Shown here: one piece after another, positions 9,544 to 19,221 of the stretch
Layout: every line of letters begins with the position of its first letter
Numbering within the stretch: position 1 is the first letter of the stretch
Origin: an uncultured Spirochaetota bacterium
Lineage (GTDB): Bacteria; Spirochaetota; Spirochaetia; SZUA-6; Fen-1364
Assembly: GCA_963734545.1 (NCBI GenBank)
Contig: CAVTHO010000006.1
Coordinates: forward strand, 1-64,000
Direction of reading: 5' to 3'
Length of the DNA stretch: 64,000 bases
The notes under the pieces: model-generated
Told to the model about the DNA's origin: nothing
Seen by the model: the letters and a program-made list of their open reading frames with translations, nothing else
Databases searched by the model: none
Translations under genes and position numbers: made by a program

Positions 9544-9995
9544 GCCCCAAAATGACAAAACGCGCACCTATCGAGAACGGTTGGCTACATCCATATTCAT
9601 TGAATAGAAGAATCCCGCTTTTGCAGTGGGAAATTTCTGCTGCCTAGATTGGACATAAGTAGCACCCGAGATATTGAAAACAACACATGGCAGGCTGTTG
9701 CCTAACAAAAGGATGAGACAACGGTAAGCCGGATGATTGTAAGCATTGATGTGCTGTATGCCTAGGAAATTGCGCTCCCAGGGCGGTGTATTGCGCAAAA
9801 GAAAACTAATCACGCACAAGCGTGGGCTGCATTAATCTTATCCGCTGGCGCGGAAGATTGGAGGCCGTTCTATCGGAATTGACGTTGTATTCACGGTCTA
9901 TCTTGATCGGTGATGTATTAGAACAAAAGGAATTGTGCAGTTTGCATTCCGCCCACGCAATAGAATGGCTTGAAAAGAGCGGTGGGGCATGTAAC
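9537..9995 (+). other. ORF-less cassette, copy A
   Basis: GTTACATGCCCCA...TGGGGCATGTAAC; closely similar copy at 24201-24661; no ORF conserved between them. Confidence 0.75.
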
Positions 9996-10105
9996 AAATC
10001 GTTGCAGTTGTCCCCTAAGAGGCCGCCTGGGATTGGTGAATGCAGCTTGGCAATCCGATTCAGTGCAGTGTTGATGCGGCGGGGCAACTGAACTCTATGT
10101 TATGA
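9989..10105 (+). repeat. attC-like site 9
   Basis: ATGTAAC...GTTATGA. Confidence 0.9.
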
Positions 10106-10225
10106 CGCCTCAGGGATCGGGAAGATCGGGCGGCACCATGTGGGCTGGAGAGGAAGGGCGGGCGTCCATGCCCGCCCTTCCCCTTGGGCCCGGACGAGTT
10201 CATCAATCTCCCGGAGAGGGCGACC

Positions 10226-10255
10226 TTGACAGCATACAAAGATTGTATGTATTCT
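10226..10255 (+). promoter_or_regulatory. TA promoter with palindromic operator
   Basis: TTGACA, then CATACAA-aga-TTGTATG inverted repeat, then TATTCT. Confidence 0.55.
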
Positions 10256-10273
10256 AGATTCAAGGAAACCATC

Positions 10274-10513
10274 ATGAGCACGGTGAACATCTCTTTCAGT
10301 CCTAAACTCCTTAAGGAGATCGACAAGGTCGCACAGGAGGAGTCTCGGTCGCGTTCCGAGTTGCTTCGAGAAGCGGCGCGCAGCTATATCGAACGAAAGC
10401 GACGCTGGGGCCGTATTTTCGACACAGGCCTGAAGGCTGGACGCGCCCGGAGCATCACCCCAGAGGTAATCGAGAGGGAGATCTCTGTCTATCGCCGAGA
10501 AAAGCGCAAGTAG
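10274..10513 (+). CDS. RHH/CopG antitoxin
   Basis: MSTVNISFSPKLLKEIDKVAQEESRSRSELLREAAR. Confidence 0.85.
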   Translation: MSTVNISFSPKLLKEIDKVAQEESRSRSELLREAARSYIERKRRWGRIFDTGLKAGRARSITPEVIEREISVYRREKRK

Positions 10514-10939
10514 GTGACCAAAGTTGTCTTGGATACGAATGTTCTGATCTCCGCAATTGTATATGGAGGAAACCCGCGGATCATACTGGAGGCCGCGCTG
10601 GCTGGTAGCATAGAGTTGTGCATCTCCGAGGCAATCATTGGGGAGGTCCAGGCGGTGTTGGGGCGACCACAGTTTGGTTTGAGCGCACAATTCGTACACA
10701 ATACTGTGGCGGAGTTGGCATCACTTTCCCGGTGGGTTACCCCTGAGACGCATTTTGACCTGATAAAGGAAGATCCAACGGACAATCTCGTGCTGGATTG
10801 CGCGGTTACAGCAGAAGCAGACTATTTGGTCAGCGGAGACGGTCATCTACTGCACTTGGGCGCGTGTGGGAAGGTGAGAATTGTTAACCCGCAGGAATTC
10901 GTACAGATACTGGTGAACGAGGCCAAATCCAACACATAA
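10514..10939 (+). CDS. PIN-domain (VapC-like) toxin
   Basis: VVLDTNVLIS...DPTDNLVLDCA...SGDGHLL. Confidence 0.9.
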   Translation: MTKVVLDTNVLISAIVYGGNPRIILEAALAGSIELCISEAIIGEVQAVLGRPQFGLSAQFVHNTVAELASLSRWVTPETHFDLIKEDPTDNLVLDCAVTAEADYLVSGDGHLLHLGACGKVRIVNPQEFVQILVNEAKSNT

Positions 10940-11077
10940 GGCCGTGAGACGGTACGTATTGGCTGATGTCCCTATTGGAGCCACGATCTCCAGCACACCG
11001 CCCTCGCCATCCATGGCTCGGGCGGCCGCGGCATGGTCATTGGCCATCGAGTGTGATCCCGATTGTACGCCACGGCG

Positions 11078-11193
11078 TCATAACAAATCGTTGCAGTAGT
11101 CGCCTTAGGGGCCGTGTGGAACGGCGGATGCAGCTTGGCAATTCAAAGTAGCGTTGGGTTGATGCGGCGGCGCTACTGAACTCTATGTTATAG
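11078..11193 (+). repeat. attC-like site 10
   Basis: TCATAAC...GTTATAG. Confidence 0.9.
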
Positions 11194-11253
11194 CCCCTAA
11201 GAATAGTTGGTGAGTTGTTCATCGGAATTGATCGCGTAAAAAAGGAGACCTAC

Positions 11254-12531
11254 ATGACCTTCCGTCGAGCGCTATGCTGTGCTGCAGCAGCTTTCCTTCT
11301 GGGTGCGAACCTATGTGGCGCATTTCCGCTACGGGTCTTGGAATCGAAGCTGCCTAAAGATCTAGCGTTCCGAAAAGCGGTTGAACATCTCGGCAATGAA
11401 ATCGAACTAGTTGATACCTGGCATTCGGAATGGAACTATTCAATTCCGAAAGAGCAGGTTGTCAAAGAAGTAGAGGAGTTGCTGTCAACTACCGACTCGT
11501 TCATCAGGAGTGGCGGATCAGGGCTAGAGATAAGACTCTTCCGGGCACTGCTGAAACACTATCTATATAACCTCGAGGCACTGCATAGTGAAAAGGATAT
11601 AGTGAACGACTTGGAGGCCCTCAAGAAGGAATTTCCAAAGGACAACAGACCGGGATGGCTGCTGGGCGTACACTATATGCAGGCAAATAGATCCATAGAA
11701 GCGGTAAACGAGTTCGAAAAGATAGTACATGGTGCAGCGGCAGAAGACCTTGACGGCAGCCTTTGGTATGATTGTGCTGAAGCAGCATATCTTGCGGCGA
11801 TGCCTTCGCGTGCTACATGGGCGCTATCGAATGCCTATGGTGCACAACGAAAAGCACTCCTCCAAAGGGATGAACTCTACAAGTTCATAGAGGCAAAGAG
11901 AAAAGTACCTAGCACCAATGAGAGAATACTCTCGAAGACGCTGTACCATGCTACACGGCTGGAAGACTATGTTGCCCTAGTTTCGCGTCCCTTTGGACTC
12001 TGGATACCGCTGAAATTTGATTGGCAGGCTCAGCTTGGAGACTGCGAGAATGGCAGTACATTCGTAGCACTCAAACCGACCGCACTGAAGAGCGAGCGGG
12101 GCACAACAATCACATACAGAATAGGTATTCAATGTTATGCAAGCAATAGCGGTAGCTTTGATAGTTTCGTAGCGAAAGAGAAGGCATCGTTTAAGAATAC
12201 GGCGGCGGTTACCAACATATCCGCAAAGCTACCTTTCGTGGCTTACGAGTGGGTGGATCCACAACTATACTCATCGGTCGGCGGCGGGCACGGATACGTC
12301 TTTTTCCTAGAGAGGGCGGAGCCGCCAATAAGTGGCCTTGATCTTGAACGGATTCCTAATGAGGCAAAGCCGACGCAGGAAAACAAGGTGCAATACTTTT
12401 CACTTGTAGATTTCTATGACCGATTCCGAGGCAGAATCTACTACAAGATCATTCTTGATACCTGCAACGACATCTTTGAAGGCGCTTCAGTTGAATTTCG
12501 ATGGTTTCTGGACAATTTAATAATTGAGTGA
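11254..12531 (+). CDS. Secreted hypothetical protein with helical (TPR-like) N-terminal half
   Basis: AAGGAG RBS; signal-peptide-like MTFRRALCCAAAAFLLG; long ORF. Confidence 0.65.
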   Translation: MTFRRALCCAAAAFLLGANLCGAFPLRVLESKLPKDLAFRKAVEHLGNEIELVDTWHSEWNYSIPKEQVVKEVEELLSTTDSFIRSGGSGLEIRLFRALLKHYLYNLEALHSEKDIVNDLEALKKEFPKDNRPGWLLGVHYMQANRSIEAVNEFEKIVHGAAAEDLDGSLWYDCAEAAYLAAMPSRATWALSNAYGAQRKALLQRDELYKFIEAKRKVPSTNERILSKTLYHATRLEDYVALVSRPFGLWIPLKFDWQAQLGDCENGSTFVALKPTALKSERGTTITYRIGIQCYASNSGSFDSFVAKEKASFKNTAAVTNISAKLPFVAYEWVDPQLYSSVGGGHGYVFFLERAEPPISGLDLERIPNEAKPTQENKVQYFSLVDFYDRFRGRIYYKIILDTCNDIFEGASVEFRWFLDNLIIE

Positions 12532-12587
12532 AATTGCCCAAGAGGAAAAGAGCTGTTCTCCTTTGTGCATGGTTGCAAATGAGGGGC

Positions 12588-12607
12588 CTTAGGTTCAAGG
12601 TTGAAGT
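12588..12607. mobile_element. Isolated IS30 type B terminal repeat (scar)
   Basis: CTTAGGTTCAAGGTTGAAGT, identical to 26371-26390, fused into site 11. Confidence 0.8.
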
Positions 12608-12703
12608 TGTCCGCCTGAGTGCGGCCTGCTGACGAAGAATGCAGTCCGTCGAACTAGCGCATAGCGGTATGATTCGGGGCGGCAACTGAACTCTATGTTA
12701 GGT
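12600..12703 (+). repeat. attC-like site 11 (R'' end replaced)
   Basis: AGTTGTCCGCC...GGCGGCAACTGAACTCTATGTTAGGT, but no TAACAAATC. Confidence 0.85.
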
Positions 12704-12769
12704 CCATCTATGATTCTCCAAAATCGGAAGAGAGCGTATGACGCCTGAACAGAAGCTCGTTCTTTCAGC

Positions 12770-12805
12770 GTAAGCGTCCGCTGAACCCCACCCGACGGGA
12801 ATCAG
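12770..12805. mobile_element. IS66-like terminal repeat remnant
   Basis: GTAAGCGTCCGCTGAACCCCACCCGA, near-identical to the IS66 end at 15513. Confidence 0.65.
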
Positions 12806-13245
12806 GCTTGGCGGCACGGGATTCGATGGGATGTTGTCGTTCGTATCAGGAGCCATGACACAGAATGAACTGCGACACTGGTGTCTGTATCAATGCCAAA
12901 GGCGCCGTCAGCCTGCCGTCCATGCTCCGCCAAGCCAACGATCCAGATCGCCAAAGGCACTCCCCCAGTGAGATCTCCGGCTGGGAACCGGGAAGGCCAT
13001 GAAAAGCGACATAGGACTCCAATGCCATCCTACCATTCCCAGCGATCGGTGAAAGTTCGCTCTAGCTCGGCGACCTGCTGTTCCTCCACTGAAGGCTTGA
13101 TATCTTGCTTCGAGCTTGCCCCGCCAGCTACTGCCCCCCGCCTCTTGGCCTTCACGCAACGCTCGATCTTTTTCTCTTCAACGGTATTCATTTCGATATC
13201 TCCATATTTCTCTTGAACGACTTCAAGCGAATCCTTTTTGTTTGA

Positions 13246-14463
13246 TTACTTCAGCACTGCCCGAAGTCCCGGAATGCGGCACAGGATCAGGAATGAAAAG
13301 GCCAGTGTGATTGCAAAGGCAAGAGGTGCAACCGCCACGTGCTTGAGCAGAGGAGCGCCATGCCAGGGCCTCACGAGCAGAGAGATCGTGATGAGGATGG
13401 GAGCGTGGAACATATAGATCGCGAACGAGTTTGCCCCCAGGAGCCTCGTGAATCGATTGTCGACGTTCAGGTACTTGCGGAAGAAGGCAATCATGCCCAG
13501 GGAGAAGCCGATGGCCACAAAGGCCTCCCAGAACGCATAGACAAAGCTCTGCCAGTTGAGGCCGCCGGTGAAAAGGATCTTTCCTCGAGCCGCTCCACCT
13601 CCAATCATGATCACATTCCAAAGGACCAACCCGGCGCCAAGGACAACCGTGAACCAAGTGAGCCCCTGTTTCTCGGGGAAATTCTCCAGCCATCGCCTTT
13701 CTCCGGCATGGAGGCCAAGGAGGAAGAGCGCGATGTAGGAGGCGAAAAAGCACAGCTGCAGATTTGCGACACTGGTTCCGATGGGCTGGAACATTCTGAT
13801 GGAAAATGCCCCCAGTCCCGTTGCCACAATGATGAGGATCGCTGTCATGACCCGTGGCGGCTCACCAGGGGTCTTTACGGGCCGTCGGACAGCTCTCCAC
13901 GCGGCGTAGGGAAGGCTGAAAAGCAGAAGCGCTTCGACGAACCAGAGAGGCCCGGTAGACCCAATCCAGCGGAAGGAGCCGAGGTAGTCAAGGTAGAACC
14001 GCAAGACGTTGGAGTGTTCCCGGATGTTTCCATAGTTCATGATGAAGTACCCAATGAAGGGGTCGATGACGAACATGTAGATGAGCAGCGGAACCCCGAG
14101 GCGGAAAAGCCTCTCTTTCGCGAAAGCAGCCGGTCCGCGCTTTGCAAGCGACCTGGCTGCAAAAAAAGCGGCCAGGAAAAACAGGATTCCCATGAACCAT
14201 GCCTGCGTGAAAGACCCGTACAAGGCGAAAAGTATCAGCGACGCCGTGTCCAAGCTTGCTGGGTTGCCTTCCGTATAGTACCAGCTGCCGATTCCGCTGT
14301 AGGTCACGTTCGAATGCATGACGACCACAAGGAAGATGACGAACGACCTCAGGTTGTCCAGGTATCCGAGGCGCTTTGTCGCAGTGTCTGCGAGCGGTAA
14401 CGTGTGAAGCATGCCTTTCTCCTCCATGGCCTCACAGTACGGCCCGGGAAAAGGCAGCCTCAA
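13246..14463 (-). CDS. Acyltransferase-3 (OpgC/OafA-like) membrane protein
   Basis: YLDNLRSF...VVMHS...ERLFRLGVP...GPLWFVEALL; true start probably near 14427. Confidence 0.85.
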   Translation of the reverse strand: MRLPFPGPYCEAMEEKGMLHTLPLADTATKRLGYLDNLRSFVIFLVVVMHSNVTYSGIGSWYYTEGNPASLDTASLILFALYGSFTQAWFMGILFFLAAFFAARSLAKRGPAAFAKERLFRLGVPLLIYMFVIDPFIGYFIMNYGNIREHSNVLRFYLDYLGSFRWIGSTGPLWFVEALLLFSLPYAAWRAVRRPVKTPGEPPRVMTAILIIVATGLGAFSIRMFQPIGTSVANLQLCFFASYIALFLLGLHAGERRWLENFPEKQGLTWFTVVLGAGLVLWNVIMIGGGAARGKILFTGGLNWQSFVYAFWEAFVAIGFSLGMIAFFRKYLNVDNRFTRLLGANSFAIYMFHAPILITISLLVRPWHGAPLLKHVAVAPLAFAITLAFSFLILCRIPGLRAVLK

Positions 14464-14520
14464 TCACCCGCCATTCTCATTCTGTTCCTGAATTGCCAGG
14501 ACTGAACAGGGAATACGTTC

Positions 14521-15426
14521 CTAGGAAGCCTTTCCTGCTGAAATCCTTTTGAGAAGCTCGAAGCGATTTGTCGCTCCGGATTTTCGGAAGATGCTTGTGA
14601 CGTGATTCTTGACCGTATGAGGAGAGATGAAGAGCTTCGAAGCGATAGCCTCGTTGGAAAGCCCTTCAACGATCAGCGGGACGATCTCAGATTCTCTGTC
14701 GGTCAGATCGAGGTCCAGACCTCCGGGGAGAGCAAGGGTGCCTTCTTTCTTCTTGAGGAGTTCCCTGATGCAGCCGAAGACGATGAACAAGTCAGCCAGG
14801 AACAAGCAGAAGGGTGAGAAAGGGAACTGCGGGACCCCCAGGAGCGCCCCGAAACGAAACGTATCGTTCAAGATGGCGAGGACATTCATTACCGCGAAGG
14901 CAAGGCTGAAGACGGGCAGAAAACCGAAGAATTGTGGGAGCTTGGCGCGGTATTTGATGATGATAAACGTCGCGTAGAACTGGCAGACCGCCGCATAGAG
15001 AGTGGCTGCAAGGTATCCATGTGCAATGTCTATCGCGTTCGGCATCAAGAGTATTGGAAGTGAGAGTACGAGAAAGAAGAACAGGATTGAAAAAGCCCAA
15101 AAGACCACCCGCTTCGATGAAGTGATCTTGGTTCGCACGCTTTCGTAGGCAAAGCGCAGTACGAAGCCGCTGGTGATGACCTCCCCAAGGAAGACCTCGT
15201 TTAAGATCAGGAACTGTATGCGAGAGTCCCAGTGGTGAAGGAAGTCAAAAAGCACATAATTCACCGCGTTGCCGCTCAGGACGAAAAAGAGTCCAAGCAA
15301 ACAGAAAGCAAGTGAACGAAAGGAAAGCTCGCCGGTCCTCTTGTACATCAGCCAGAGGAAGAGAAACGCCGAGGGGGCCGAAATGACAGCCAATCCGATA
15401 GCAGTCATGATGACGGGCGGCGACAT
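14521..15426 (-). CDS. Membrane-anchored LuxR-family HTH regulator
   Basis: Multiple TM segments; C-terminal LTDRESEI...GLSNEAIASKLFISPHTVKNHV. Confidence 0.85.
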   Translation of the reverse strand: MSPPVIMTAIGLAVISAPSAFLFLWLMYKRTGELSFRSLAFCLLGLFFVLSGNAVNYVLFDFLHHWDSRIQFLILNEVFLGEVITSGFVLRFAYESVRTKITSSKRVVFWAFSILFFFLVLSLPILLMPNAIDIAHGYLAATLYAAVCQFYATFIIIKYRAKLPQFFGFLPVFSLAFAVMNVLAILNDTFRFGALLGVPQFPFSPFCLFLADLFIVFGCIRELLKKKEGTLALPGGLDLDLTDRESEIVPLIVEGLSNEAIASKLFISPHTVKNHVTSIFRKSGATNRFELLKRISAGKAS

Positions 15427-15512
15427 GGTGAGGAGTGTACACCTCCTTCTTGCCCGGAGGCAACGCCTACCTGGTGCCAGCCGTCGATCTTCGTGGCTCC
15501 ACTGCCGCCAAT

Positions 15513-16712
15513 GTAAGCATCCGCTGAACCCCACCCGAGCGAATCAGACGGTGGTGATGCGGAAGGACGTCAGGTCCAGGATGTCGGCCTCTGTGCGCGC
15601 CTGGGGAAGCTTCTCGAAGAGCTCCCGCAGGTACCAGTACGGCTCCCGCCGGTTGGCCTTTGCGGTCTCGATGATGCTGTAGAAGCTCGCACTGGCCCCA
15701 GCCCCGCAGGGGCTGCCGGAGAACAGCCAGTTCTTGCGCCCCACCACGAAAGGCCGAATGGCATTCTCGCAGGCGTTGGTGTCCGGAGTCATCGCCGGGT
15801 GCTCCAGATAGCGAAGCAGTTTCGGCCACTGTACCAGGGCGTAGTTCACCGCTTTGCCCAGGAGCGTCTCCGGCGGAACTTGAGAGGCCCGACGTTGTTG
15901 CCAGGCATGGAAATCCTTCAGAACCGGCTCGACCAGCCGACGCCGTTCGGCGGCAAAGGCTGCAGGATCCTGGTATCGCTCGCCCTGGCCTTTAGCGACG
16001 TATAGCTTGCCGATCGAGCAGAGGGCCACCTCCGCGCTGCCGAGACCAGCGCCCTGTGTGGATCACGTTCGGACTGCCCTCACACAAGCGGTCATAGACC
16101 TCATATCCGTCGGTCTGAAGGAAGCCTTCGAAGTCGCCCAGCATCTGCCGAGCCACCTCCAGCCCGCGACTGGGAGCGTAGTGATACAGAATCACAGGCG
16201 CCTCGGGCGCACCGCCGCGCGCCACCCACATGTAGCTCAACGAGGTGTTGTCTCGGCCCGGCTCATCCATGACCTGCACGGTGGTCTCATCCAGTTGCAG
16301 AAACGGTCCTGACCGAAGGCGCCGCTCCAGCGCTTTCATCAACGGCGCGCAGGCAATGCTGGCCGCGATCATCCAGTCGCCCATCGTGCGACGGGACAGT
16401 TCCACTCCAATTCGAGCGAACTGCTTCTTCTGGCGGTACAGTGGCAGGGAGTCGCAGAACTTGCTGGCCACGATGTGGGCCAGGAGTCCCGCCGTGGCGA
16501 TCTCCTTATCGATGATTGCAGGAGGCATCGGCGCGATGCGTACAGCCGGATGACTCTCATCGCCAGATCCTTCGCAGTCGTGGCAGGCGTACCTGGGACG
16601 CACCGTGCGGATCACGCGGACTTGTGGAGGGATCACGTCCAGCTTCTCGCTGGTTTCCTCTCCGATGCGTACCAGCTGCGCGCCGCACTCGCAGTGCTTC
16701 TGGTCTTCCAGG
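15513..16712 (-). mobile_element. IS66-family remnant (truncated, frameshifted tnpC; ORFs 15544-16029 and 15992-16636)
   Basis: LQLDETTVQV, LQTDGYEVY, DTNACENAIRPFVVGRKNWLF motifs; GTAAGC end at 15513. Confidence 0.85.
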
Positions 16713-16884
16713 AGAACATCATGGTCAAGATCCTGTCCAACGAGGCGAAGCGGCTGGGCCTGGTTACTGTCATGCCGACAGTTAACAGAGAAAAACTGCC
16801 CTCAATTGAGATTCCGGACGAAATGCGTGACGAGCCTGCGCCGCCAAAACGCAATAAATGAGGTGGAAACTGCGGAGACGACAA

Positions 16885-18232
16885 TGAACCGTTCGGGGAC
16901 ATAGGTAACAAAGTCTTCTGGAGACATAGGTAACACTTATTCTGGGGACATGGGTAACACTCTTCTCGCAAGAGGAGGTGGTGGCCATGCCGTGGAAAGG
17001 GGTTACCGTGAGCGAACAGAGAGCAAACTTCCTCCGAGACTACGCGCTGAAGTACTACAGCGTGACTGAGTTGGGGGAGATGTACAGTATTTCCCGAAAG
17101 ACCGCCTACAAGTGGATCGATCGCCACGAGGAATTAGGACGCAGCGGTCTGGAGGACCTGTCGCGACGTCCTCATAGTTGTCCTTGGCAGACACCAGGGT
17201 ACATTGCCGAGGAACTGGTGAAGGTGCGGGAGAAGCATCCGTACTGGGGACCGAAGAAGCTGCTGGATATCATGGAGCGCAGGCACCGCAGGTGGCAGCT
17301 TCCTTCGGTGGCCACCGCGGCACATATTCTGGCCGAAAAAGGTCTGGTACGTGAGAGGCGCCGGCATCGGCGGGCTCACCCCGGATGTCCGAAGAGCGTT
17401 GCCGAGGGACCGAATGATATCTGGGGATCCGACTACAAGGGTCAGTTCCGAATGGGCAACGGGCAGTACTGCTTCCCCCAGACCGTCAGCGACCTGCATA
17501 CGCGCTTCCTTCTGGGGTGCGACGGCCATCCGCAGGTATCCGCGGAGCTGACCAAGGTGCATTTTACAGGGCTTTTTCGCACCTTTGGGCTTCCCCGACG
17601 GATTCGCACCGACAACGGTGTTCCATTCGCGTCCAACGCGCTGGGTCGGTTGTCAGACTTGTCGGTGTGGTACATCAAGCTGGGCATATATCCTGAGCTC
17701 ATCGAGCCAGGTCGGCCGCAACAGAACGGGATCCATGAGCGAATGCATCGAACGCTGAAGCAAGGCACCACTCATCCGCCTGGCAGCAGTCTGAAAAGCC
17801 AACAGGAGAAGTTCGAGACCTTTCGGAAGGAATACAACGAGGACCGCCCTCACGAGGCGCTGCAAATGAAGAGGCCAGCGGAGGTGTACCAACCCTCATC
17901 GCGGGAACTGCCTGAGCGAATCGAAACCTATGACTACCCCAATCAGTTCCTGGTGAGGCGCGTCAGCCGTTGCGGAACGATTCGAGTCTTTGGAAATCAA
18001 GCGTTTGTCAGTCAGACACTGAACGAGGACTTCGTGGGCCTGGAGGAAGTGGATGACGGCGTCTATGACATCTACTTTTGCTTCTACTTGATCGGGCGCT
18101 ATGAATTGCGCACCAATACGATACATGACATCATTACCAAAGTCGCGGTGAGCGTCAGGAAGGCAGAGGGGCCATCGAGGGTGTCACCTATGTCTCCAGA
18201 ATAAAGTGTTACCCATGTCCCTTGATTGTACA
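16885..18232 (+). mobile_element. IS481-family element type B, copy 1 (1348 bp)
   Basis: TGAACCGTTCGGGGACATAGG...TGTCCCTTGATTGTACA; same layout as type A. Confidence 0.9.
16978..18204 (+). CDS. IS481-family transposase
   Basis: Homologue of the type A transposase (WGSDYKG, RTDNG, HERMHRTLK). Confidence 0.92.
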   Translation: MVAMPWKGVTVSEQRANFLRDYALKYYSVTELGEMYSISRKTAYKWIDRHEELGRSGLEDLSRRPHSCPWQTPGYIAEELVKVREKHPYWGPKKLLDIMERRHRRWQLPSVATAAHILAEKGLVRERRRHRRAHPGCPKSVAEGPNDIWGSDYKGQFRMGNGQYCFPQTVSDLHTRFLLGCDGHPQVSAELTKVHFTGLFRTFGLPRRIRTDNGVPFASNALGRLSDLSVWYIKLGIYPELIEPGRPQQNGIHERMHRTLKQGTTHPPGSSLKSQQEKFETFRKEYNEDRPHEALQMKRPAEVYQPSSRELPERIETYDYPNQFLVRRVSRCGTIRVFGNQAFVSQTLNEDFVGLEEVDDGVYDIYFCFYLIGRYELRTNTIHDIITKVAVSVRKAEGPSRVSPMSPE

Positions 18233-18241
18233 ACGGGATGA

Positions 18242-18357
18242 ACATAACAAATCGTTGGAGCCGTCCCCTAAGAGGCTGCCTGGAACCATGGGCTATGTCT
18301 GAATGAACCGCCGCCGCTGTGCTGTGGTCGGCGGGGCGGCTCAACTCTATGTTAGGC
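18242..18357 (+). repeat. attC-like site 12
   Basis: GTTGGAGCCGTCCCC / GGGGCGGCTCAAC covarying arms. Confidence 0.88.
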
Positions 18358-18617
18358 ATTACTTGGCCTTGTTAGCGGGCCTAATGATAAGAAAACGCGT
18401 GAAAGCGCCATGGAACCGCAATATATGCCATTGGTTCCGGTTGCAGCTTGCGCCAGCTAGGCTATCGCGACTGAAAGAGTCGTCTTTACGATGAAGAACT
18501 GACTTCAGTCGCATCGACAAGAAGCTAAAATCTCAAACTTGCGACCTCACTGTGTGTGGGATATTTCTTGACTATTGAAAAATGGGTGCATAAGATTTAC
18601 CAAGAGGTGTAAATACA

Positions 18618-19016
18618 TTGAATACAGTTAAGAAGATCACAAAGAATATAGAAACGAAAGTGAAACTCTCAATGCTCTGGCTGGTTGCAATGCTCACATA
18701 CACATACGGCGACGTTGTAACCTTGATGGACCCGGTCAAGCATGGCTCGATGCAGCTGACGCAAGGATTCTTATTGGGAGCCTCTATATTTATGACAATT
18801 CCTATTGCGATGGTTCTCTTCTCCCGCATTCTAAATCATCGAGCAAACCGACTGGCAAACATAATTACGGGCTCCATTATGACAGTTGCGTTGATCGGCA
18901 CGTTGTTCGTCGCAGTGCCGGCAATGTATTACGTCTATTTCACCGCAATAGAAATTGCCTGTACTTCACTGGTCGTAGTATATGCCTCCAAATGGTCTAT
19001 CGGCGAGGAAGCTTAA
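18618..19016 (+). CDS. Small four-TM membrane protein (DUF6326-like)
   Basis: KLSMLWLVAMLTYTYGDV...NRLANII; GAGGTG RBS. Confidence 0.65.
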   Translation: MNTVKKITKNIETKVKLSMLWLVAMLTYTYGDVVTLMDPVKHGSMQLTQGFLLGASIFMTIPIAMVLFSRILNHRANRLANIITGSIMTVALIGTLFVAVPAMYYVYFTAIEIACTSLVVVYASKWSIGEEA

Positions 19017-19221
19017 AAAAGCGCTGCGGCCGCCGCTTGATTTGCTCAGTGTGGCAGGCATTTTCAAAGCAAGAGCATGCCTTTCACTGTTTTGAATAGG
19101 GCACCAGGGTCATTCAACTCTAGCCGCATGGTCCGTACCGTTCCACGGGCAAGAACCCACTGCAGACGCCCAGCAAAAAGTATAGAGACGCTTAGGCAGG
19201 GCTCCGATCAACAGAATAATG

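Noticed and set aside
9568-9819. 83-aa ORF in the repeated cassette
   Set aside because: Interrupted by an in-frame TAG in the second copy
13339-14400. 353-aa plus-strand ORF
   Set aside because: Antisense shadow of the acyltransferase gene, with no recognisable motifs
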